Source of the DNA: Candidatus Gastranaerophilaceae bacterium
GTDB taxonomy: Bacteria; Cyanobacteriota; Vampirovibrionia; Gastranaerophilales; Gastranaerophilaceae
DNA: 64,000 nt
Assembly: GCA_045638625.1 (NCBI GenBank)
Contig: JAZUBR010000020.1
Coordinates: forward strand, 9,660 to 73,659
Reading direction: 5' to 3'
Part shown: in pieces, positions 44,915 to 54,071 of the stretch
Layout of the letters: each line of letters opens with the position of its first letter
How positions within the stretch are numbered: the stretch's first letter is position 1
Notes under the pieces: model-generated
The model's input: the letters and a program-made list of their open reading frames with translations, nothing else
What the model was told of the DNA's origin: nothing
The model's database searches: none
Translations under genes and position numbers: made by a program

Positions 44915-45928
44915 ATGAAATTAACAGTACTAGGACCAGGATGTTGGGGACTTACATTAGCTTGGTTATTAACAGATAATTTTGAAAAAATAACAGCTTG
45001 GGGAAGAGAGTCAGATTTATATGACGATTTAGTTATTAATAAACACTGCCCAAAACCTTTAGAAATTCAATTGGATAAAAAAATTGAAATCACATCTAAC
45101 CTAGAAGAAGCTATTAAAGATGCAGAAATTATCCTTTCTGTAGTTGCTACTGTCGGAATGAGAGATGTTTGTGAAAAATTAAAACTTGCAGGTATCAAAT
45201 CTAATCAAATTTTGGTTAATGCCTCTAAGGGTATTGAATTGAACACACTTTTAAGAATGTCAGAAGTCATTAAAGACGTTCTTCCAGAACAAAAAACTGC
45301 TGTCTTATCAGGTCCAACTCTTGCTAAAGAAGTTTTACAAGGAAAACCTACAGCAGCATCTGTAGCTTCAGATGATATGGAAGTTGCTGAATTCGTTCAA
45401 AAAGCTATGAATGTAACTAGCAAGTTCAGACTATACACAAATAGTGACGTAATTGGTGTTGAACTCGGAGGCAGCCTTAAAAACGTAATTGCGATTGCCT
45501 CTGGTTTTGCAAGTAGCATGAACCTTGGCGATAACTGCAAAGGCTCTTTGCTAACTAGAGGGATGGCAGAAATCGTACGTCTTAGCGTTAAAATGGGAGC
45601 AAATCCTTCTACACTATACGGGCTTTCTGGCATGGGAGATTTAATTGCAACTTGTTCAAGCCCTATGTCTAGAAACTTCACAGTAGGTTCTTTACTAGGA
45701 CAAGGTAAGAAAATCGATGATATTCTAAAAGAACTTGGGTCAGTTGCAGAAGGTGTTAAAACTTCTAAAGCGGTATGTGATTTAGGTAAAAAGTTCGGAG
45801 TGGAAACTCCTGTTTCAAGTGCAATATATGACGCTCTTTACACAGATATTACACCTAAAGAAGTTTTAGACAAATTAATGAATAGAAAATTAAAGGAAGA
45901 AGAAAAATATGATAAAGTGGGCGGTTAA
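44915..45928 (+). CDS. gpsA: NAD(P)H-dependent glycerol-3-phosphate dehydrogenase
   Basis: The N-terminal Rossmann motif is LGPGCWGLTLA, and the C-domain carries LKNVIAIASG and GDLIATC. Confidence 0.85.
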   Translation: MKLTVLGPGCWGLTLAWLLTDNFEKITAWGRESDLYDDLVINKHCPKPLEIQLDKKIEITSNLEEAIKDAEIILSVVATVGMRDVCEKLKLAGIKSNQILVNASKGIELNTLLRMSEVIKDVLPEQKTAVLSGPTLAKEVLQGKPTAASVASDDMEVAEFVQKAMNVTSKFRLYTNSDVIGVELGGSLKNVIAIASGFASSMNLGDNCKGSLLTRGMAEIVRLSVKMGANPSTLYGLSGMGDLIATCSSPMSRNFTVGSLLGQGKKIDDILKELGSVAEGVKTSKAVCDLGKKFGVETPVSSAIYDALYTDITPKEVLDKLMNRKLKEEEKYDKVGG

Positions 45929-46847
45929 TTACCTTAAAAACACTTTCCATCCGCTCAATGTTCCTGACAATATTGATTTGGAAGAAAGCCAATTAGTCAT
46001 CGCTCGTACAGATAAAGGTGAAGAGGTTTTAAAAGTTTTTAGAGTTAACTCTGTAGTTGCAAAATGTTTTGAAAAAAGCAAAAAAACATTAGAGCCTTTT
46101 GAATTTATCAGAGTAATGACCAATGAAGATTTAATGGTTTACGAAGAAATAAAAAAAGAAGAAGTCACTTCTTTCTTTAAGTGTAAAGAATTGGTTCAAC
46201 AACATAGACTATCAATGAACCTTGTACAATGTCGTTTAACTTTTGATAGAAGAAAAATAACTTTCTATTACACAGCTCCTGAACGTGTTGACTTTAGGGC
46301 TTTATTAAAAGACTTAACTCAGATTTTCAGACACATGAGAATAGACCTCAGACATATAGGAGTTAGAGATGAGACCTCTATTATGGAAGGAACAGGGCTT
46401 TGTGGACAACCTTTCTGCTGTTCAACTTTCTTGAGGAAGTTTGCATCTATCAATGTAAAACTGGCAAAAGACCAAGGAATGCCTATTACACCTGCTAAAA
46501 TCTCAGGAACCTGTGGGCGTTTATTATGTTGCCTAACATACGAATACTCTAACTACATAGAAGCAGCAAAAGGTATGCCTCCAGTAGGTTCTACAGTAAT
46601 GACTCCAACAGGATTGGGTAAAATTTGTTATATCAAATTCTTAAACAACGTTGTTGCTGTAAAATTTGAAGATGAAAAAATAAGAGAGTTCCCTAAAAAT
46701 GAAATTGAAATGGTTGATGCTGAAGTTAACGTTGATATTAATACTTCGATACAACCAAATATAAACTACTCTCCAGATGAAAAAATTGACATGCGTCAAT
46801 TAAAACAACTTGAAGACGATAGAAATAGTTCAACAGGGAATGTATAA
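45909..46847 (+). CDS. PSP1 C-terminal domain protein (RicT/YaaT-like)
   Basis: FDRRKITFYYTAPERVDFRALLKDLTQIFRHMRIDLRHIGVRD and GLCGQPFCCSTFLRKF...SGTCGRLLCC match the PSP1_C Cys signature. Confidence 0.7.
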   Translation: MIKWAVNYLKNTFHPLNVPDNIDLEESQLVIARTDKGEEVLKVFRVNSVVAKCFEKSKKTLEPFEFIRVMTNEDLMVYEEIKKEEVTSFFKCKELVQQHRLSMNLVQCRLTFDRRKITFYYTAPERVDFRALLKDLTQIFRHMRIDLRHIGVRDETSIMEGTGLCGQPFCCSTFLRKFASINVKLAKDQGMPITPAKISGTCGRLLCCLTYEYSNYIEAAKGMPPVGSTVMTPTGLGKICYIKFLNNVVAVKFEDEKIREFPKNEIEMVDAEVNVDINTSIQPNINYSPDEKIDMRQLKQLEDDRNSSTGNV

Positions 46848-46855
46848 ATTAACAA

Positions 46856-46885
46856 AAGAGGATGTCTACAGACATCCTCTTAGTT
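46856..46885 (-). terminator. Rho-independent terminator (minus strand)
   Basis: A perfect 11-bp stem AGAGGATGTCT/AGACATCCTCT is followed on the minus strand by TTTTGTTAATTT. Confidence 0.6.
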
Positions 46886-46922
46886 TAGTAGAGCAAGAAA
46901 GGAGCTCTATTATTGAGGGGTA

Positions 46923-47070
46923 CTAATTATTTTTAGTCAATTGTTCATTATTTTTAGCGAATTTCTTTAAGAATTCTGCACCGACTTTTAGTTTAACCAA
47001 TCGATTTTCGGGCTTTTCATCCCTAGATTCGTAGCTACCATCTCTATCAGTCTCGTATACTACTTGATTC
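46923..47070 (-). CDS. Candidate small protein (~48 aa), translationally coupled (TAATG) to the upstream 382-aa gene and followed by the terminator
   Basis: The minus-strand ORF encodes MNQVVYETDRDGSYESRDEKPENRLVKLKVGAEFLKKFAKNNEQLTKNN*. Its ATG overlaps the TAA of gene 47072..48220, and the strong terminator lies ~40 nt downstream. It is below the 60-aa cut-off of the ORF track. Confidence 0.3.
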
Positions 47071-47071
47071 A

Positions 47072-48220
47072 TTAAAGATAGCAACTTAGAGATTTTTTAT
47101 CTATAGTTCGAGCCTCATCTTTTGAAGGATCGGCTTTTCTATCATGATCCAAGATTACACCGATACGGTCAGCTTCTTCAGCTAACGATTTGTATTCAGG
47201 GGTCAGTCCAAGTCCCATACTTGCAGCTTGTTTCAGTAGGCTCTGCGCTATATCATAAGATTCACCCAATGTTAATTTATTAAACGGATCACTAGTATCA
47301 ACTAAAGTTTTTTCATTAACACCTTTTTCAACGCCTTTTTTTACAGCTGTTAGTACAGTAAAGGCATTCTCACTATTAATTTCGCCAATAAGTTCTTTAA
47401 TCTTATCATTATCAACAACTACAGAATCAAATTCTTCAAGTATTTTTTGTGCAATTACCATACCTTCAGTTCTACCTTTTTCAGAGATAACTGCTTTATC
47501 AAACATTGTTGCTCTTTTTGGTTCTTCATTAACAGGTGTACCTTCAGGTTTTGTTGGATTTGCAGGTTCTGTCTTTTCTTCTTCAATAGGCTTCTTCTTC
47601 GGAGCTTTTTTTACCGGCTGTTGATTAACAGGAGCTTGTTTATCAATTTGCGGTTCACCAACAGCAGCTTTTGTATCAATATTTTCATTAGATTTACCAG
47701 CTTCTGTTTCAGTATCTTTTACCTGCGCAGGAGGTAGATTCTTTTTTTCTTCAGGCTGAGTATTAGGAGTTGTAGGAGCTGTTGCTCTGCCTCTTCCTTG
47801 CTGAGGATTAAACATTTCTAAATAATGTCCATATCCATTTTTAATAAGAATTTGTTTAATATATTCTAAATCAGCTCGGTTCAAATCTCCTCTTGAATTT
47901 CTCAACAATGTTGCTAATGCAAACGCCTCTTCATCTGAATCTATTTTCTTTTTGTCATAAGTTCTTTTTGCAATGTCTTTTACAAGGTCCTTTGTTGCAT
48001 CAGTAACATTTTCTTCAAAAGCTTTTTCTTGATATTCAATCATCAACCCAACAACATAATCTTTTTCATGAACATTCATGTTTTGATGATTGCCTGCTAG
48101 AAATTGACTAAGCTGCATACACTCTCTTTGAGTGTCAATTTTCTTTTTGCTTCCTTCAGTCTTTGCAATTTCTTTGATTGTGTTTTGCACTGCTTCTGAA
48201 ATTTTGTTGAAATCTACCAT
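47072..48220 (-). CDS. Hypothetical protein with a duplicated N-terminal module and a P/K/E-rich low-complexity linker
   Basis: An internal repeat is present (KEIAKTEGSKKKIDTQRECMQLSQFL and KDIAKRTYDKKKIDSDEEAFALATLL). The central region is TAPTTPNTQPEEKKNLPPAQ...KKAPKKKPIEEEKTEPANPTKPEGTP. No family was recognised. Confidence 0.55.
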   Translation of the reverse strand: MVDFNKISEAVQNTIKEIAKTEGSKKKIDTQRECMQLSQFLAGNHQNMNVHEKDYVVGLMIEYQEKAFEENVTDATKDLVKDIAKRTYDKKKIDSDEEAFALATLLRNSRGDLNRADLEYIKQILIKNGYGHYLEMFNPQQGRGRATAPTTPNTQPEEKKNLPPAQVKDTETEAGKSNENIDTKAAVGEPQIDKQAPVNQQPVKKAPKKKPIEEEKTEPANPTKPEGTPVNEEPKRATMFDKAVISEKGRTEGMVIAQKILEEFDSVVVDNDKIKELIGEINSENAFTVLTAVKKGVEKGVNEKTLVDTSDPFNKLTLGESYDIAQSLLKQAASMGLGLTPEYKSLAEEADRIGVILDHDRKADPSKDEARTIDKKSLSCYL

Positions 48221-48446
48221 TGTAATCTCCTTTCATTTATGGTCCCTAAGTCTACTCATTGGCTATGATTCCAATAACGGCAGATTCAACAATAACTTTA
48301 ATTTTCAGGTTATTTAAAGAATATATACTTTTTCAAAAAAGGCTTTTATAAAAGAGTTCCGCTGATAAAATTCGAATTTACAAAATTTAACAAAATTAAG
48401 AAGTTTTAAAATCGTATATAAGCGTTAGATAATTGAGCTATAACAC

Positions 48447-48480
48447 AAAAAACGCCCCTGCGGGCGTTTTTGTTGAAAAA
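48447..48480. terminator. Strong GC-rich terminator-like hairpin inside a 630-bp intergenic region
   Basis: AAAACGCCCC-tgc-GGGGCGTTTT is flanked by A and T runs on both sides. No ORF of at least 60 aa lies nearby. Confidence 0.5.
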
Positions 48481-48849
48481 CAAAACTTAATAAAAGTAAT
48501 ATAAAATATTAAGTGCAAGTCAATCCATCAAGAATGCGAAAACATATATTCGTTCGATAGCTCGAATTAACCATCTGATATAATTGACCTACACATATAT
48601 AATAACGCTTTTTTAGGCAGTTATTCATCCCTAAAAGTATTATTTTTTATTACATTCTTAGTATATAAGAATTAACTCTTTAGAATAAAAGAAAGCCACT
48701 TATTCTAACAAGCGGCTTAACCTACATACAACTAACTAACCTTTATTAAACAATATATTTTAATCATAGTTTTAATCTTTTCGTATAAAATTCCCCATTC
48801 TTACTTATATAAAGTATTTGAATGGGGAAAAATTGCCTTTTTTATAAAA

Positions 48850-50238
48850 TTATTTTTTCTTTGTTGCAATTACTTCTAGTAAAGCTTCGACTATTATTGG
48901 GTCCCACTTTATTCCAGATTCTTCTTTTATAATCTGTATAGCCTTAGATTTTGGTAGAGCTTTTCTGTAAGCTCTGTCAGAAATCATTGCACAATACGCA
49001 TCTGCAACTGCAATAATTCTCGAACCTAATGGAATAGAATTACCTTTTAAGCCTTCTGGTTCACCTTTACCATCCCAGCGTTCTTTATGGTAATGAATAT
49101 ATGGAATAACTTCTGACAAGAAGTTTATATTCATCAATAAATTCACACCAACATTTGGATGGTTTTGAAGTTTTTCCCATTCTGCCTTTGTAAGTTTCTT
49201 ATCAGAAGCAAACAAAGACTCTGGCAAAGTGATTTTACCAATGTTTTGCAACAAACCTGCAAAATATATTAAGTCAGTTGTTTTTTCATTCAAACCTAAA
49301 TGATTACAAATCTTTCTAGAAAGTTTTGCAACATTCTTTGAGTGTTCAACCTTATATTGACCTTTTGCATCCACAGCTTTTACAAGTTTTTCAACAAACG
49401 ATTGTTGGCAATCACCTAAATCACCAATAAGTGCTGTTAATTCACCTCTTGCATGCTGTAATTCAATTGCATCTGGCTCATCTTCTGCTAACAATTCTTG
49501 AGCTACATCAATTGTTTTTTGAAGAGAAAGTGATGTCCCAAACAGTGCTGCGATTGCCTCTAGCAGTTTGATATAAGGCTTTCTCATTGCCTGAGCTTGC
49601 TTACATCCTACTACCACAACACCCACAATATGAGCATTGTTATGCATAGGAACAATTAATAAAGACTGTAACGTTTCCTCTTCTAATTCTGATTTAGGGA
49701 AGAAGTTCTTGCACTCCGCTACACTTTCTACCTCGATAGTTTTAATCGATTTAAAAGCTTTAACTGCAACATCTTTACCAGTAAGTTTATAACCTAAATC
49801 TTTTTCATAAATATCAAAGTCACATTCCAATGAAGTACCAACCAGTGGTAAATCATTTTCTGAAGAGTCAAACTCTCTAGCGAATTCCTTTGTTAAATAT
49901 ATATTACAAACATCAGTATCCAAAATATTTGTCATTGTCTTTGCGATAGCGTTATAAATAACATACTCTTCTTTTGAATTGAACCCCAAAACTCTAAGGG
50001 TATTATCCAACGAGTAAATAGAAATAAGCTCTCTTAACTGCGAAATAAGCTTTTCAGACTTAGAACGCATGTCTTTGCCGATTTTGCTTGCCAACTCATC
50101 TGATATCAGGTACTCGGAGATAAAATCGCCTAAATTCAGCGCAAAAATCTCTTCGAGGGGGTCGCCTTCCATCAAATCGAGAGTTCGTCCAAACAATGAT
50201 GCTCCTGATTGTTCTTCCGGCATGTTATTTCCTTCCAT
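48850..50238 (-). CDS. HD-GYP domain c-di-GMP phosphodiesterase with an N-terminal GAF-like sensor
   Basis: The protein carries HSKNVAKLS...LLQNIGKI and HYHKERWDGKGEPEGL (HHExWDGxGYP-like). A terminator hairpin (TCCCCATTC/GAATGGGGA) lies just past the stop. Confidence 0.75.
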   Translation of the reverse strand: MEGNNMPEEQSGASLFGRTLDLMEGDPLEEIFALNLGDFISEYLISDELASKIGKDMRSKSEKLISQLRELISIYSLDNTLRVLGFNSKEEYVIYNAIAKTMTNILDTDVCNIYLTKEFAREFDSSENDLPLVGTSLECDFDIYEKDLGYKLTGKDVAVKAFKSIKTIEVESVAECKNFFPKSELEEETLQSLLIVPMHNNAHIVGVVVVGCKQAQAMRKPYIKLLEAIAALFGTSLSLQKTIDVAQELLAEDEPDAIELQHARGELTALIGDLGDCQQSFVEKLVKAVDAKGQYKVEHSKNVAKLSRKICNHLGLNEKTTDLIYFAGLLQNIGKITLPESLFASDKKLTKAEWEKLQNHPNVGVNLLMNINFLSEVIPYIHYHKERWDGKGEPEGLKGNSIPLGSRIIAVADAYCAMISDRAYRKALPKSKAIQIIKEESGIKWDPIIVEALLEVIATKKK

Positions 50239-50424
50239 AATAATCTCTACTTATACTAAACATATCGGCACATTTTTCAAAAACTTTAATTATTTTTACA
50301 AAAATTTATACTTTGGTTTGAGAAACCTTATACCAAATATTTAATCCGCAATAAATTATATTTAATTATAAAAAAGCGGCAGAAATAACATTCAACCGCT
50401 TTAAAAGTATTCTTTTATAAAAAA

Positions 50425-52518
50425 TTAATCTTCTTTTTTTGCTTTAACTGCAGCAATTGTTACTCCTATTGCAACAAGAGCAGCTGCACCTAATGTAATC
50501 ATGCTGGTTTTAGTTTTTGCAAACTGTGCAATCTTCTGCCATAGGTTCAACACTGGTTTAGGTGGAACAGGATCAATCTTACGCTTACGAATTTTATCAA
50601 TAAATCCTTTAAAGTCCTCTGGAACTTTCTGAACTTTTTCTTCGCCTATTAATCTTTGCATAAGTTTCTTTTTAGCGTCAGCAGAAGCTTTTGGAGTATC
50701 TGTAATTTTATCCATATATTGCTGCATGTACTCTTGAATTCTTGCCTTTTCAACTTTTTCTTTTATACAATTTAAGCTAAACAACATGCCAGCTAGAGCA
50801 TAAACAACTCTCTCTCTAACATCTATATCCATCTGTGAGTTTTCATCTAGAGCAATATCTTCAACATTTTCTATATTACTAGCTTTAATAATATTCTCTA
50901 TATACGTTTCAATTGAAGAAAATTCTGTTTTTAAAAGCTTGTTTTTATATTCTTCAGGATTTGAAAGAGCTTTGTACTCCTCGGCTATTTTTTCATCTTG
51001 AGGATAAGATATTTCGTACTCGGCGACTTGTTTTTGAATTTCTGGAGTAAGATTTTTTCTAAACTCTTCATTTACCTTGGCATAACTTGCGACCGCCATT
51101 TTTATAGCTTCGTCAAGTGTTTGAGGCTTATTGGAATCTTTCGGGTCAACATGGATAAATCTCAATCTGCCATCATAGTTACAATACTTGTTACGCTCAA
51201 GCATTTTTGAGATTTCAGATTCCTTATCAGCACGCTCTGCATCAGTTCTATTATCAACATAAATAGAAACTAACGGAATATTATCAAATTGTTTTGCTTC
51301 ATATTCATTTGCCGGTATAAATACCTTATCTGTGAAATTTACATAATTAGATACGGTTAGCATATTTACATCATTAGCACCATCACCAGCAACAACAACT
51401 AAATCATTTTTTCGATTTTCCACAATGTCACGGAGTTGCGCTCGAGTATCTAAAAACTTATCTATACCATAAGGTTTTATTTCTACCTCATAGCCAGCAT
51501 AAGAACCCTTATTTATTGATGAAACAACTCCAGTAATTTGAGAATCTTTAGCATAGTTATCTACAATCGGTAAGATAGAATCTTTGTATTTTTCGCTCAC
51601 TGCAACTCTTATACCCAATCCACCATCATCTGAGAATGCAATATAATCGGCATCTCTAGAAATACCTTTTTGTTCTAAAGCTGACTGTAGAGACAAACCT
51701 TCACCATACTCACGGCTTGAACGAGTTGTAGGGATATTTTCTAATATCATATGCTTACCAATTTCCTTATGGACTATATCAGAGAGAATACCCATATACC
51801 ACTCAAACATATCTTTTGTCTCGGGGGTAATTACAGTTTTATTATTTGCTTCCAACTCTTTTCTCACTTCTTGAGGAGTAAGGTTCCTTTTCGCTATCCC
51901 ATATAGCAAACTAGTTGCTTCATTCTCTTTTATACTTAAATGCTCCGCAATTGCCTGAGGAAGTTTTTGTTCCTTATCCTTAAACATAACATCAACATCA
52001 TAAGATTTACTTGTTATAAAATAATCCTTTATTTCTTGTACCATCTTATTAAAATCCCAACCTAGGCTCTCTTTATAAGCCTCTCTCTTTTCTTGATTCA
52101 CCTTTTCTTTTGTAAAAGCTGGTTTGGCACTCTTAAAAAATTCATCCTCATTTTTTACATTCAAATAGAACTCGTCTTGACCATTACAAGTTATCAATTT
52201 GTCAGGAAGCGGAACCCATAAATCTTGAGAACGAAGTTTATTTAAGAAGTAATTCGTCTCTGCAAGATTTCTGCCAGTTGTTATATTAAAATTAAACTTA
52301 CCCTCTTTTCCTCCACCTTTCAATTCCCAAAACAACTTCCAAGTATTGCTCATTGCAGTTTGAAATTCGTCTTTATTAACTTGTGGAGAATGATTACAAA
52401 CACTGTCATGATTGTATTTTTTAGGAATATATGTACCGTCGAAATCCGAATATAAATTTGTTATACCCGCACCAAAATTAGGCTTAGTCGTTTGTTGCAC
52501 AATTTTTTGAATTTTCAT
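50425..52518 (-). CDS. HAD-superfamily hydrolase-like protein (697 aa) with a C-terminal transmembrane anchor
   Basis: Motif I is LYSDFDGTY (DxDGT) and motif IV is VVVAGDGANDVNML. The C-terminus is ITLGAAALVAIGVTIAAVKAKKED. An AAAAGGAG RBS is present. Confidence 0.7.
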   Translation of the reverse strand: MKIQKIVQQTTKPNFGAGITNLYSDFDGTYIPKKYNHDSVCNHSPQVNKDEFQTAMSNTWKLFWELKGGGKEGKFNFNITTGRNLAETNYFLNKLRSQDLWVPLPDKLITCNGQDEFYLNVKNEDEFFKSAKPAFTKEKVNQEKREAYKESLGWDFNKMVQEIKDYFITSKSYDVDVMFKDKEQKLPQAIAEHLSIKENEATSLLYGIAKRNLTPQEVRKELEANNKTVITPETKDMFEWYMGILSDIVHKEIGKHMILENIPTTRSSREYGEGLSLQSALEQKGISRDADYIAFSDDGGLGIRVAVSEKYKDSILPIVDNYAKDSQITGVVSSINKGSYAGYEVEIKPYGIDKFLDTRAQLRDIVENRKNDLVVVAGDGANDVNMLTVSNYVNFTDKVFIPANEYEAKQFDNIPLVSIYVDNRTDAERADKESEISKMLERNKYCNYDGRLRFIHVDPKDSNKPQTLDEAIKMAVASYAKVNEEFRKNLTPEIQKQVAEYEISYPQDEKIAEEYKALSNPEEYKNKLLKTEFSSIETYIENIIKASNIENVEDIALDENSQMDIDVRERVVYALAGMLFSLNCIKEKVEKARIQEYMQQYMDKITDTPKASADAKKKLMQRLIGEEKVQKVPEDFKGFIDKIRKRKIDPVPPKPVLNLWQKIAQFAKTKTSMITLGAAALVAIGVTIAAVKAKKED

Positions 52519-52743
52519 ATTAACTCCTTTTAAACACTAAAAATAAAGACAAAAGCACCTGAGAAATCTCAGATGCTTTTGTTAGACAATTCTGCCGTGC
52601 CGTCCGTAATAGACTGACACTGTTCTGTAACACTAAATAACCACTGTCTCGTTTTTCTACTCAAAACAACCCCTTGTTTCTTTACTGAATTGTAAAGTAA
52701 ATTATAGTTAAAGTCTACAATTTATTACTAAAATTTTACATTT

Positions 52744-52752
52744 TTGATATAA
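52744..52752 (+). promoter_or_regulatory. Extended -10 promoter element (TGaTATAAT) positioned to start rnpB transcription
   Basis: The sequence ttttGaTATAATaaacgaGAATAAAG places the predicted transcription start 6-7 nt downstream, coinciding with the P1 5' strand of RNase P RNA. Confidence 0.4.
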
Positions 52753-52758
52753 TAAACG

Positions 52759-53114
52759 AGAATAAAGTAGCCGGATAATCGCGCTTTAAACTAGTTTTAC
52801 AGTGAGGAAAGTCCGTGCATTCAAGGACAACCCGCCGGAGAAACTCCGGACAGCGTGAGCTGGTGGATAGTGCCACAGAAATGAAAACTGCCAATGGGAA
52901 TTCATTCCACAGGCGAGGGTGCAACGGTGAGTTAAGAGCTTCACCAGTGAAATTGAGAAATTTCAGCTAGGTAAACCCCGGGTGAATGCAAGATTGAATG
53001 GAAGGTTATCAAGGTGTCCGCCAACTTCCGAAAAATCGCTAGAGATTGTAAGTAATTACAATACCAGACAGATGATTATCTAGAAACAGAACACGGCTTA
53101 TGAGCTGCTTTATT
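52759..53114 (+). ncRNA. rnpB: RNase P RNA (M1 RNA)
   Basis: Three universally conserved blocks are present. The P4 5' strand is GUGAGGAAAGUCCGUGC. The P11-12 junction is AGGGUGCAACGGUGAGUUAAGAGCUUCACC, matching AGGGUGAAAnGGUGcGGUAAGAGCgCACC. The P4 3' strand is ACAGAACACGGCUUAU. P1 pairs GAAUAAAGUAGC with GCUGCUUUAUUC. A T-tract follows. The minus ORF 52736..52924 is spurious. Confidence 0.8.
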
Positions 53115-53142
53115 CTTTTTTCACACACAACAGGCTTATTAG

Positions 53143-54057
53143 ATGAGAATTTCTCCAGTTACAACTAGTATCTCAAATACACATTTTACTAAGAATAATC
53201 GTATTTTGCGACAACAGTACTTAGAAAGATTTGAGCACAAAACTCCTGAAATCAAGACTTTGGATGGGATAAAAAAACTCTACAACGGTATTCAAAAATT
53301 TTTCTTATTTGCAGGAGCTTATTCAATAGGTTTATTAGGTTATGAGCTTCGAACAAATAATTATGAAGCTCTTGATAAACAAGGCGTCATAAATTACATT
53401 GAACCTCAAAAAAACAAATTTGATTCCAGACGAGATGTTTATAACTATGCAATTAACCAAGCAACGAATGCTCTTAACAGCAATCAACCCTACGAACATG
53501 CCGTTTACATAAACAATGCAAACAACGAAGTTTTAGCAGAATTTGAAGGTAACAAAGACAAAGTCTATACCGCTATCAGCTTTATCGATAAACTAAAACT
53601 AAAATTATATGGAGAGGGCGCTACTTTAATCCACGGACACCCTAGCTTTGAAAACGGTGTTACACCTCCAATAAGTCATCCAGATTTTGAAACATTATGT
53701 AACAACGATTTTTTGACTGAGATTGTAGCTGTAGACAAAAAAGGAAAAGTCTCTTTATTAAGAAAAACCCCTTTCTTCTCTCCTCCAAATGAAACCATCA
53801 AAGAACTAGTATCAACAGAACTTGTTGTTATACTTTTTGACTCCTTCGAAGAGACTCAGCCCGATAAATTTGTAGAAATTATTTCCGCATACCAAAAAGA
53901 AACAGACAGTTTAAAGACTCTAGAATTAAAAAAAGAATTGGATTATTATGTTTTAGGACAAGACTCTACAGAATATACGAACAGAGCAATCCACGAATAT
54001 TGGCAAACAACAGCTAAAAAATTAGGTTTAGAATACTACACTAATTTTTCTAAGTAG
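53143..54057 (+). CDS. Hypothetical protein (304 aa)
   Basis: The long ORF shows no recognised family. It contains LIHGHPSFENGVTPPISHPDFE. The start context is weak. Confidence 0.5.
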   Translation: MRISPVTTSISNTHFTKNNRILRQQYLERFEHKTPEIKTLDGIKKLYNGIQKFFLFAGAYSIGLLGYELRTNNYEALDKQGVINYIEPQKNKFDSRRDVYNYAINQATNALNSNQPYEHAVYINNANNEVLAEFEGNKDKVYTAISFIDKLKLKLYGEGATLIHGHPSFENGVTPPISHPDFETLCNNDFLTEIVAVDKKGKVSLLRKTPFFSPPNETIKELVSTELVVILFDSFEETQPDKFVEIISAYQKETDSLKTLELKKELDYYVLGQDSTEYTNRAIHEYWQTTAKKLGLEYYTNFSK

Positions 54058-54071
54058 AAAAGGATGTTTTT

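Noticed and set aside
52736-52924. A 62-aa minus-strand ORF
   Set aside because: It overlaps the conserved P4/P10-12 core of RNase P RNA on the opposite strand.
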